Assembly (NCBI GenBank): GCA_044892525.1
Contig: CM097885.1
Span: 14,262,001-14,326,000, forward strand
Source of the DNA: Schmidtea polychroa
Taxonomy: Eukaryota
Direction: 5' to 3'
Length of the DNA: 64,000 nt
The notes beneath the pieces were generated by a model. The model did not search any database. It was given only the letters and a program-made list of their open reading frames with translations, and was not told the origin of the DNA. Positions 1-11,730 of the stretch are shown in pieces. Position 1 is the stretch's first letter. Every line of letters begins with the position of its first letter. The translations under genes and the position numbers were made by a program.

Positions 1-1
1 A

Positions 2-481
2 GAACAAGTTAGAGCCAAGCTCCACGAAGCTAAAGAAGGTGGCATTCTTCCATTAGCTGCTTTAATACCTGCAATCATTGCTGGTTTATCAGGTGCTGCT
101 GGAATAGCTGGAGGAATTGCAACTACAGTTCAAAAAGCTAAAGAATCTCAAAAGACAGACCTAGAAAAAGAAAAACTACAAACTGAAATCGATTCAATGA
201 AGAAGGTAGGGCAAGCTAAAGGGGGAGTGTCCGTTGGAAAGGGTCTCTATCTTAATCCATATGAGGGGAGTCGGCAAAAGTCTCAGGGCAAAGGTCTCTA
301 TCTTGATCCTTATAAAGGTAGAGGTTTAAATGATTTTTTAAAAAATCAAATTTCTACATCTGAATCTTTATCTTCAAAAGATAAAGAAGATTTAAAAAAA
401 ATATGTAAATCTTTAAAGAATGGATGCCTTTGTAAAACTAAAAATGGTAAAGGATTATACTTGAAGCCCTTCGAACTATGA
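2..481 (+). CDS. Polinton basic core/membrane-active virion protein (pX/pVII-like), 5' truncated by window edge
   Basis: Frame is open from base 2: KEGGILPLAALIPAIIAGLSGAAGIAGGIA, then three GKGLYLxP(Y/F) repeats, a pattern typical of Polinton/adintovirus core proteins. Confidence 0.7.
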   Translation, partial: EQVRAKLHEAKEGGILPLAALIPAIIAGLSGAAGIAGGIATTVQKAKESQKTDLEKEKLQTEIDSMKKVGQAKGGVSVGKGLYLNPYEGSRQKSQGKGLYLDPYKGRGLNDFLKNQISTSESLSSKDKEDLKKICKSLKNGCLCKTKNGKGLYLKPFEL

Positions 482-503
482 TACCATTTTTGATACCATT
501 AAA

Positions 504-1194
504 ATGGTATATGAAGAAAGATTAGCACTTTTAAAAAAATTACAATCAGAACAAGATAAATATAATAAAAAAGATACAACTCAACATGCTGAATCTATAA
601 TATTAAATGAGGTAATAACACAACAACAGGGGCCAACAATTAAAGCTATAAAAGAGTTGGAAGATTTCAATGAGCAAGCAAAATTTAAAGAGTTAGAAGA
701 TAAAAAACAAAAAATAAAAGAACTAGAGTGGCAGGATAAAGAAAAAGAATCCAGTGAAAACCATTCTGAAAGTCATTCTGAAAGAAATCAAAGAAAACGC
801 AGAAGAATTTCTAATGTGGAAGAAGAAGAAATGTTTTTAAAAACAAAAGCTCTTAAAGTTGATCCTAAAATTAGAGATGATTTACCTCCTTCAATTAGAC
901 CCACATTTAATACTAATACTGAAGGATATCAAATAATAACAATTAATAAACAAAACTTTACTTTATATTCAAATTCAGAAAATAAATCACGTATTCATTC
1001 ACAAAATGTTTATAATAATGAATATTTAGACTTTGAATTTACAGATGATTTTTATAGATTACTTTGTGGATATTCTTCAGATGATGTTGAAGAAATTAAA
1101 AAATATTTAAATTTAATAAAATTAATAAGAGCTAGTTCTAAAGCAAAATATATTCAAGATTTAAAGAATTATTTAAATAAAAATGAAAAGGGTT
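504..1194 (+). pseudogene. Polinton conserved protein, 5' part (disrupted by insertion)
   Basis: The stop at 1194-1196 is created by the insertion junction. Removing 1195-17497 gives …KNEKG-YVVTEG… in frame, 297 aa in total. Confidence 0.85.
1189..1194. repeat. 6-bp target site duplication AGGGTT (left copy)
   Basis: Identical hexamer at 17492-17497. Confidence 0.9.
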
Positions 1195-1549
1195 AGTAGG
1201 TAGTTAGTGGCCTACGGCAGCAATAGGGGGGGGGGGGGGGTAAAAATGTTGCAAACTTTTGATTGCATAACTTTTTCCGTAGACATTTTTTGATTACATA
1301 ATTGTTGCTGTAATGCCCAATGTTTTCTGGGATTTTAAATACAAAATTTTTTTTTTTTTTTTTCAATAAACAAGCCAAGGATAAATATTATTTGGGTGGG
1401 TCTCCTTGGTCCTGAGAATTTCAATAGAAAAAGGTAGTCTTCAATAAAAAAGCATGGATTTTTCACACTATAGTGAGGGGATCTTCTTGGTCATGAGAAT
1501 TTCAATAGAAAAGGTGGTTTACATTAAAAAACGCATAGTAAATTTTTAA

Positions 1550-2320
1550 AATAAAGCAAATTATGGTCCTAAAAAATTAAATTAAAGTAAATGATGGGTC
1601 TAAAAATTTAAGTAAATCAAGGTTCAGATTTATTTTTGAAATAAAGTAAATTATGGTCTAAATAAGTAAATTATGGGCTAAGATTTTTCAATTAAAGTAA
1701 ATAATGGTTCTAAAAAATTAAATTACAGTAAATTATGGTCCAAATTTTTAAATTAAAGTAAATTATGGTTCTTAAAAATTAAATTAAAGTAAATTATGGT
1801 CAAAATTTTTGAATTACAGTCCAAAAATTTAAATTAAAGTAAATTATGATCCAAATTTTTAAATTAAAGTAAATTAAAGTAAATAATGGTTCTAAAAAAT
1901 TAAATTAAAGTAAATAATGGTCCTAAAAAATTAAATTACAGTAAATAATGGTCAAAAATTTTAAAATTAAAGTAAATTAAGGTTCTAAAAATTAAATTAA
2001 AGTTAATTAAGGTCCAAATTTTAAAATTAAATAATCAATGGTAAAAAAAATTTAAATTAAAGTTAAATAAGTAAATTAAAGTAATATTTTTTAAATAAGT
2101 AAATTAAAGTAATGTAATAAGTAAATTAAAGTAAGATTTTAAAATTTATTAACAAAAAGTTGAAGGTGTTTGAGAATTGAAATTTTTTAATGGAAATTTT
2201 TATGAATTATTTTTTAAGTAATTTTTAATGGAAATTTTTAAGAATAATTTTCAATGATAATTTTAGATGGAAATTTTAATAGAATAATTTTTAAGATAAT
2301 TTTTAATGAAAATTTTTATG
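1550..2320. repeat. Subterminal AT-rich minisatellite (AAATTAAAGTAAATTATGGTC-like)
   Basis: Degenerate tandem units; mirrored at ~16380-17140; diverged copies at ~8100-9180, ~9510-10590 and ~50850-51400. Confidence 0.85.
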
Positions 2321-2321
2321 A

Positions 2322-2383
<62 letters not shown>

Positions 2384-2521
2384 TAATATTAATAATATAT
2401 CAACCAAATACTATACAACACATAAAAAATTAACTAAACACATAAAAATGAACTAGACACATAACAAACATAAAAATTTACCAAATAACAAATGTAAAGA
2501 TATAAAATTTATTCAATAAAA

Positions 2522-5500
2522 TTAGTCCTCATCGGACAAAATAACGTCATCGATATCGATGTCATCTTCTTCATTAAATTCTTCCTCATCTTCTCCATCA
2601 TTTTCTCCATCATTTTCTCCAACATTTTCTGAAACATTTTCTGCAACAATTTCTCCAACATTTTCTCCAATATTTAATTCACTTAATCTTACATGCCCAT
2701 ATGCAAGACTAGTATTTTTCCCCACCCAAACCCTTTTGTCATCTTTGTTAGTTAGTGCTATTTTTGTGTTTTTAATTGTAAAAATTTGATGATTTTTGCT
2801 TGTTATTTTAGTCTGAGGAACCGAAAAAATCTGGTTAGTGTTATAACAATCGAGGTATGACTGATGTTTTATGTCACTACCTTTCAATGTTACACCTTTA
2901 GCCTTTTTTGTTTCATCATCACCCAACAAGCTATAACATTTAGGTCTAAGAAAAACCCACTCCTTATATTTAAGACCTTTATTCTCGTCTTTGAACTTTC
3001 CAATGACTGAATCAAGGTTCTTGCTATATAAGGAATGACAACTATTGTAATTGGAAGTATCCAATAAATTATCTCGAATCATTGCAGGTAAAAGAACCTC
3101 AAGTTTGCAGTTAATGACTTCGAGGAAAAAAGAATCTGTATCACCAGCAACGATATTAATTTTACAATTAAACTCATTGCGAAATGATTCCAGATCCTTA
3201 TATTGCAATTCATACATTCTAAGTTTAGATAGATCAAGTACAGATTGACCAATGTAACTCGGTCTATCTAAACATATAGAATCTGAATTCAATAATGTTG
3301 CAATTAAATTATCTGCTATTTTAATAGATTTTTTAAAAGTCGGTTTTGACGAATATTTAACTAATTTACCGGCAGTTGTACAAAGACGAAGATTCATTCT
3401 TCTCTTTAAATTTTCAACTGTTTTGCCGTATAAACTGTTATTTAGCAATTTATAATAATTTTTATCTAAGTTATTTACGCTTTTTGATCTTAATTCGGTA
3501 TTTGTATCTATATATTTTTTAAAAATTGGTGATTGCTTAAATCTTACACCCCTATTTACACGTGTTACTTTAACACCAAGTTCCAAATATAATTTTAATA
3601 ATCTCCAATGAATAACATAATTAGATTTTGGAAGATGAGTTAATAATAATTTTTCAACCTTAGACCCAGCAGGTTTCATTTTTTCTGCAGCTACAGGGAA
3701 ATCATCCAACTTATCATGAAGCTCAGAAGGAATTACAAGATCAACTTCAAGTGTGTATCCATAAGACAAAGATTCAAGATTTAAATTCCTACATTCATCC
3801 ATTATTTTATCAAATCCATCAAGAACCCAACAAAATTCGCCACAAGGTAATGATTGACTTAAAGCCCACCCATAAAGATTATTAATATCTATATAAAGTA
3901 ACTCGGTGTTCTCGTCGGTTTTTACGTAATGCTTATTCACAAAAGTAAGACCGCCTCTTATTCCACCCTCATAAAAGCTAAACATTTCGTTTTCAGTTAT
4001 GAGTTCAATTGGTTCATTTAAAGATATTAATGCAGAAGACCAAGACATGCCTGGAATTCCGAAATAATTCAAAGGCTCTAATCTATTGTGAGCAATTGAT
4101 TTCAACCTAAACTGATGAAAGAAATCAGCCAAAAGAAAACAATCAAGTTTTAGGTAGATCATCATATAATCTAATAAAGTTCTGCAATTAGATTCTACCC
4201 AAATCTCCTGAGCTTTTTCATACTCAAGCTCAGTGACACCCTCCCAGATTGGTGGTAATTCATACGTAGTTTGTAGAACATCTAAAGAAGTGGCGAAATT
4301 ATAAGGGAAGATTCCTTTTTCACATACTATGGTGCCAGAAAAAGCAGAATTAGTAAAAGGCAAAGAATTCAAAGTTTTGACTGCTTTAGCCAAAGAATCA
4401 TTGACAAATTGATATGAATCAATGAATCTTATGCTAATTTTGCCTAAATGAGCAATCAAAGATATAAATTTTTCCGTAGTTATTGGGATGCACCCTAAAT
4501 TCCAATTTTTAAATTTATTTAATCCATATTTAAGTATATGATGCATATCGTATCCCTTCAAGTTGTGAAATACGATAGGCAAAATTTTATTTATTTTTCT
4601 ATTTACGTTACATGTGCTACAAGCTGCACCCAAGTATTTGCCCGTAAAATGATCGTGATCTCTAACAGGATCCACGATAGATTTCAAACAAAGATAACAA
4701 ACCGTTGAATTAATGAATTGTTGTTGCTCAATTTTAGTTAATTTAATCATTGGTTTCCTACCCATTTTATAATAAAAAGGAAGAACCTTATTTAATGCTA
4801 TATCCTCTATAGCACTTAAAAAACTCTCGACGCAATCTAAACCTATAAACTGTTGATAGGATTTAGATCCGTCAAAGTTATTTACTAGTAAAAGACCAGC
4901 AGATATTGGCATGTGTCGCTGAAAATGATCATTATCACAAGGTAAAATAGCCTCAAAATCGGCATAAACTACGAAAGGAGGAGTTACTGTTTTCGACCAG
5001 TCAGTAAACTGTAAGAATTTATTTTGAGGGAAAGTATAAAGAGTTGTTCCTAATTGATTGCGTTTGCATAATATTTCATGTTTTTCTAGTGCGTTTCTAT
5101 TATTAAACCCATTCAAACACCGATGGCACCATAATGAACGTATGCGTGTAGGACAACTAGTGTTTATGTGGCAATTCAGTAACCTATTTAAATTGCTTAT
5201 AGCAATGTAATGGAAATTGTTCCCTTTATTTAATAATAGTAAATTAATTACTGTTCCATTTAAAACTTTGGAACGATGTATAATGTCTAAATGGGGGTGT
5301 TTTAAAACGTAATTATCTATTAATTGTTTGTTATGGTCATAAGAAAAAACATTAATTATTAAACCAGGATTTTTGGCCTCGAATTTTCTAATATCTTTTA
5401 ATTTCATTGGTAAGTCTAATGGATTATATATTAACTCAGATAAATTATAACTAGATGTCCTATTTCTAGCATAACTACTAACCTCATCATATTTTAAAAT

Positions 5501-6925
5501 AGCTAAAATGCTATATAAAAAACACGAATCATCGGTGTTTTTTACATTAATTAAACAATATTTATTTTTTAGACAAGTAGGTAGTTCAATGAAACTCCTA
5601 CCACTTAATCTACTTAGCCTACTTATCTTTGTTATGGTGAAGTGAATTTCAGTTATTTTTTTTATGATCCAGCTACTTCCTAACTCTGTGATATTACTTA
5701 TTTTCTCGTTTAGTTCCCTAATGCCTTCGTCAAAAAATGAGGCAGTTAAAGGTTTTGCGTAATTCGAAATATTATTAACCTTTATTTCCCCGTCTTTTTC
5801 AAATTCGATTGTTATTCCGAATTGAATTTTGACGGAGCCTAATTCGTTAATAATATCTCGTAATTTTATAATTAATTGTTCAGGAAATATTATTTCCTTT
5901 ATATTCAAGTTACTTGTATTTAAACTTAATATTTGATGGGTACCCCTTAGATCTTTTTGTATTATGGGAACATTACCCCCTATTTGTATTATATTTAATC
6001 CATCCCAAGAATCAAAGGAATTGAATAATCCGACCTGGGATTCAACAAAAGGCAATCCGACCTGGGATTCAACAAAAGATAATCCGTCCTGGGATTCAAC
6101 AACCAATCCATCATTGGATTCAACAAAAGACAATCCAGCCTGGGATTCAACCTCTAATCCGACCTGGGATTCAAAAGAAGAAGTATCTAATTTAATTTTT
6201 TTATTTGTATTATTTTTTTCTATAGTTGATGGTCTTTTAAAAACACTATCTTTTTTAAAATTAAACCTATCTAAATGATGTTTATGTTTATTATAAAAAA
6301 CGCTATATGTTACAGGGTCACTAGTCTTACATATGGGGCATATAAAAAAAGTTTTATTATAATATTTTTTCGTGTAATAATTCTCCATTATAGAATGGCA
6401 ATTATTATCATGTTCTTTCGATGAACAATAATTTGGGTAAAGTATACCTATAAAATAAAAATTTAATAAAAAAATATATATATATATAATTTAAATGAAA
6501 TATTTTAATAAATGTTTACGCATAAATTTACAAATTTTATTTACTAAAAAAAATAAAAATTTACTAAATTAAAAATATTAACATTTAATTAAATAAAAAA
6601 TTATATTAAATTTCCTTTAAATTATATAAAAAAGTAATCAATACTTACATTGTAAATTTTCATTTCGATTTATTGACACATTGACATAATTTTTCTCTTT
6701 ATTCGTATTACCTAAATTATTAATTAATTAAATCAATAAATAAAAAATTATGTTTACTTTTTCTTTTCAAATTTCCTTTAATCTTCGATTTTAAATTGTC
6801 TTCATTAATATTATCTAAATTAATTAATAAATTAATTAATAAATTAATTAATAAATAAATTATAATTTACCAAATTCCTGAATTTTTCCTCGAACATTCA
6901 TAACGTTTTCTATTAAAGAATTCAT
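2522..6925 (-). CDS. polB: Protein-primed DNA polymerase B, left-arm copy; predicted exons 6925-6871, 6814-6758, 6711-6649, 6447-2522 (1366 aa)
   Basis: 1288-aa ORF with Exo I YADFE, Exo II HNLKGYD, Exo III YLKLD, Pol A DINNLYG, Pol B KLLNNSLYGK, Pol C DTDS and KCY; EndoVII-like DHDH…CSTCN insert; three GT-AG phase-1 introns restore an upstream ATG. Confidence 0.93.
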
Positions 6926-8099
6926 TTTTAAAGGTTAACTATTTGTTAAATGTGACTAATAATTGATTATTGTTTATAGATTATTATTGTTTATAGATTA
7001 TTATTGTTTATAGATTATTATTGTTTATAGATTATTATTGTTTATAGGAACAAATTCTAACCAATCAAAATCAAGGAAGGGTAGGGAAAAATATATTACG
7101 TTGCGGTATTTTAAAATTAAAATTTATTTTAAAAACACATTTTGACGTTAAAGTCGAGTTATGTAACAAAGACATAATAAACTTATTATTTACTACAAAT
7201 ATTTCACCTGTCAAATACCTAACTAGAGATGCTATATATTGATTGTTCATAAAAGCAAACTTAATCATAAATTTCTGTATATTATTTTGTAAATTATTTC
7301 TGTAAATTAAATTTTGTATATTATTTCTGTAAATTATCAAGTAAATTTAAAGTTCTTGATAAGGTTAACTGGTTTCTTAGCTTATGTTTTTTTTTAAAAA
7401 GTTCATCAATGTGTAAATATTCTTAGAAAATTATTGAAAAAAAAAATATTTAGTCAAATGCATTACAAAGTCATCTAAAATTAAACCAATTACTTAATTA
7501 TTAACATAACAGTCATTTAAAAAAAAAATTAATTTTTATTTAAAATTTAACAAATTATCAAGAAATTCAATTAAAATCATCATTAAAACTTTAAATTTTT
7601 TAATAAATCAACATGAAATTCTTAGAAATATGAAAAAAAATATTATTACAAAGTTATATCCTATCACATGATTATTAACCTGACTGTCATTAAAAATAAT
7701 TTTTATTTAAAAAAAAAACCAATCAATTAAAATGCATCCAATTATCAAGAAATTAATTAAATTTATTTAGAACTAACTTAAAATTTTTAAATATTCATTC
7801 AATAAACATGAAATTCACGAAAATGATAAAAATTCACAAAAACCATCAACTCTAAAAAAATAATTACTAATGAATACCTTAAACACCAAAATTTATCTAA
7901 ATAATCTTTCAAATTAATTCATTAAAATTGAAGACAACACGCTCTATTTTGTCATTACATTCAATTAAAATTAAATAAATCAAGATAAGAACTTTGATAA
8001 AAAATATTATTCTAAAATGGTAAAAATTAACACTGTAGTGTTAAATGAAAAGGTAATTATTCTTTAAATCTAATTAACTTAGTCATAATTTTCTTTAAT

Positions 8100-9180
8100 T
8101 TAACCCTTTATTTACTTAATTTAGTCCTTGTTTACCGAATATAGAAGTTTAAAATATAGACCATTGATTACTTTAATTTAAAAATGTATCCCTTAATTTA
8201 CATAATTTCAATCTAAAATTATTTCAAAAAATTTTTTCTAAAATTGTCATTGAAAAATATTTCATAAAAGTTTTCATTTAAAATTTTCATTGAAAAATAT
8301 TTCATAAAAATTTTCATTAAAAATTATCTTAAAAATTATTCCATAAAAATTTCATTAAAAAATTTCAATTCTCAAACACCTTCTATTATTTTGTTAATAA
8401 ATTTAAAATCTTACTTTAATTTGCTTATTACATTACTTATTTAAAAATTATTACTTTAATTTACTTATTTAAAATATTTGACCATTGATTACTTAATTTA
8501 AAAATTTGGACCTTAATTTACTTTAATTTAATTTTTTAGAACCTTAATTTACTTTAATTTTAAATTTTGAACCTTAATTAACTTTAATTCAAATTTGGAC
8601 CTTAATTTACTTTAATTGAAAATTTTAGACCATAATTTACTTAATTGAAATTTTAGACCTTAATTTGCTTATTTATCTTTAATTTACTTAAGTTTAAAAA
8701 TATATACCATAATTTACTTAATTGAAATTTTAGACTTTATTTTAGAACTTAATTGAAAATTTTAGACTTTATTTTAGAACTCAATTGAAAATTTTAGACC
8801 TTAATTTCATGTAAAATTTTAGACCATAATTTACTTATTTGAAAATTTTAGACCTTAAATTGCTTAATTGAAAATTTTAGACCTTAATTTGCTTATTTAT
8901 CTTTAATTTACTTTAATTTAAAATTTTAGACCATAATATACTTAATTGAAAATTTTAGACCATAATTTCATGTAAAATTTTAGACCATAATTTACTTAAT
9001 TGGAAATTTTAGACCTTAATTTGCTTATTTATCTTTAATTTACTTAAGTTTAAAAATATATACCATAATTTACTTTAATTGAAAATTTTAGACCATAATT
9101 TACTTAATTGAAAATTTTAGACCTTAATTTACTTAATTGAAAATTTTAGACCATAATTTTAATGTAAAATTGTCATTGAA
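8100..9180. repeat. Inner, diverged inverted copy of the subterminal minisatellite
   Basis: e.g. AATTCTCAAACACCTTC at ~8370 is the reverse complement of GAAGGTGTTTGAGAATT at ~2165. Confidence 0.8.
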
Positions 9181-9209
9181 AAAATTTTCATTTCTCAGGC
9201 GCTGTTTAT

Positions 9210-9481
9210 AGTAGGTAGATAGGAGCCCGCTGCAAATGCAAGCCTTTTTTTTTGCTGCAACTTTTTTTTGCTGCAACTTTTGATTACGCAATTGTTGCAA
9301 CTAGTTTTTTTTTGTTGTATTTTTTTTGTATTATTACGCAATTGTATTATTTTTTTTTCTAGAATTTTCAATACAAAAAAAAAACAAGTTGCAACAATTG
9401 CGCAATCAAATGTTGCAGCAAAAAAAAAGATGCAGCATAAAAAAAAGGCTTGCATTTGCAGCGGGCTCCTATCTACCTACT
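9210..9481. repeat. 272-bp imperfect central hairpin with its own AGTAGGTAG…CTACCTACT termini
   Basis: AGTAGGTAGATAGGAGCCCGCTGCAAATGCAAGCC at 9210 and its exact complement ending at 9481; scattered mismatches inward, then an unpaired loop near 9320-9370. Confidence 0.9.
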
Positions 9482-11730
9482 ATAAACAGCGCCTGAGAAA
9501 TGAAAATTTTTTCAATGACAATTTTACATTAAAATTATGGTCTAAAATTTTCAATTAAGTAAATTAAGGTCTAAAATTTTCAATTAAGTAAATTATGGTC
9601 TAAAATTTTCAATTAAAGTAAATTATGGTATATATTTTTAAACTTAAGTAAATTAAAGATAAATAAGCAAATTAAGGTCTAAAATTTCCAATTAAGTAAA
9701 TTATGGTCTAAAATTTTACATGAAATTATGGTCTAAAATTTTCAATTAAGTATATTATGGTCTAAAATTTTAAATTAAAGTAAATTAAAGATAAATAAGC
9801 AAATTAAGGTCTAAAATTTTCAATTAAGCAATTTAAGGTCTAAAATTTTCAAATAAGTAAATTATGGTCTAAAATTTTACATGAAATTAAGGTCTTAAAT
9901 TTTCAATTGAGTTCTAAAATAAAGTCTAAAATTTTCAATTAAGTTCTAAAATAAAGTCTAAAATTTCAATTAAGTAAATTATGGTATATATTTTTAAACT
10001 TAAGTAAATTAAAGATAAATAAGCAAATTAAGGTCTAAAATTTCAATTAAGTAAATTATGGTCTAAAATTTTCAATTAAAGTAAATTAAGGTCCAAATTT
10101 GAATTAAAGTTAATTAAGGTTCAAAATTTAAAATTAAAGTAAATTAAGGTTCTAAAAAATTAAATTAAAGTAAATTAAGGTCCAAATTTTTAAATTAAGT
10201 AATCAATGGTCAAATATTTTAAATAAGTAAATTAAAGTAATAATTTTTAAATAAGTAATGTAATAAGCAAATTAAAGTAAGATTTTAAATTTATTAACAA
10301 AATAATAGAAGGTGTTTGAGAATTGAAATTTTTTAATGAAATTTTTATGGAATAATTTTTAAGATAATTTTTAATGAAAATTTTTATGAAATATTTTTCA
10401 ATGAAAATTTTAAATGAAAACTTTTATGAAATATTTTTCAATGACAATTTTAGAAAAAATTTTTTGAAATAATTTTAGATTGAAATTATGTAAATTAAGG
10501 GATACATTTTTAAATTAAAGTAATCAATGGTCTATATTTTAAACTTCTATATTCGGTAAACAAGGACTAAATTAAGTAAATAAAGGGTTAAATTAAAGAA
10601 AATTATGACTAAGTTAATTAGATTTAAAGAATAATTACCTTTTCATTTAACACTACAGTGTTAATTTTTACCATTTTAGAATAATATTTTTTATCAAAGT
10701 TCTTATCTTGATTTATTTAATTTTAATTGAATGTAATGACAAAATAGAGCGTGTTGTCTTCAATTTTAATGAATTAATTTGAAAGATTATTTAGATAAAT
10801 TTTGGTGTTTAAGGTATTCATTAGTAATTATTTTTTTAGAGTTGATGGTTTTTGTGAATTTTTATCATTTTCGTGAATTTCATGTGGATTGAATGAATAT
10901 TTAAAAATTTTAAGTTAGTTCTAAATAAATTTAATTAATTTCTTGATAATTGGATGCATTTTAATTGATTGGTTTTTTTTTTAAATAAAAATTATTTTTA
11001 ATGACAGTCAGGTTAATAATCATGTGATAGGATATAACTTTGTAATAATATTTTTTTTCATATTTCTAAGAATTTCATGTTGATTTATTAAAAAATTTAA
11101 AGTTTTAATGATGATTTTAATTGAATTTCTTGATAATTTGTTAAATTTTAAATAAAAATTAATTTTTTTTTTAAATGACTGTTATGTTAATAATTAAGTA
11201 ATTGGTTTAATTTTAGATGACTTTGTAATGCATTTGACTAAATATTTTTTTTTTCAATAATTTTCTAAGAATATTTACACATTGATGAACTTTTAAAAAA
11301 AAACATAAGCTAAGAAACCAGTTAACCTTATCAAGAACTTTAAATTTACTTGATAATTTACAGAAATAATATACAAAATTTAATTTACAGAAATAATTTA
11401 CAAAATAATATACAGAAATTTATGATTAAGTTTGCTTTTATGAACAATCAATATATAGCATCTCTAGTTAGGTATTTGACAGGTGAAATATTTGTAGTAA
11501 ATAATAAGTTTATTATGTCTTTGTTACATAACTCGACTTTAACGTCAAAATGTGTTTTTAAAATAAATTTTAATTTTAAAATACCGCAACGTAATATATT
11601 TTTCCCTACCCTTCCTTGATTTTGATTGGTTAGAATTTGTTCCTATAAACAATAATAATCTATAAACAATAATAATCTATAAACAATAATCAATTATTAG
11701 TCACATTTAACAAATAGTTAACCTTTAAAA

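Noticed and set aside
1189..1194. TSD AGGGTT is a permutation of the telomeric repeat TTAGGG
   Set aside because: A single unit inside a coding sequence, and the other candidate target sites differ; probably coincidence.
2559..6278. Short antisense ORFs inside pPolB and similar shadows in other genes
   Set aside because: Opposite-strand shadows of real coding or repeat sequence.
7071..7340. 89-aa ORF (and mirror 11350-11619) as a second gene of the palindromic element
   Set aside because: Non-ATG start, repeat-derived N-terminus and no recognisable motif; lies in the probable promoter region.
9195..9558. Overlapping ORFs across the symmetry centre
   Set aside because: By-products of the A/T-run hairpin.
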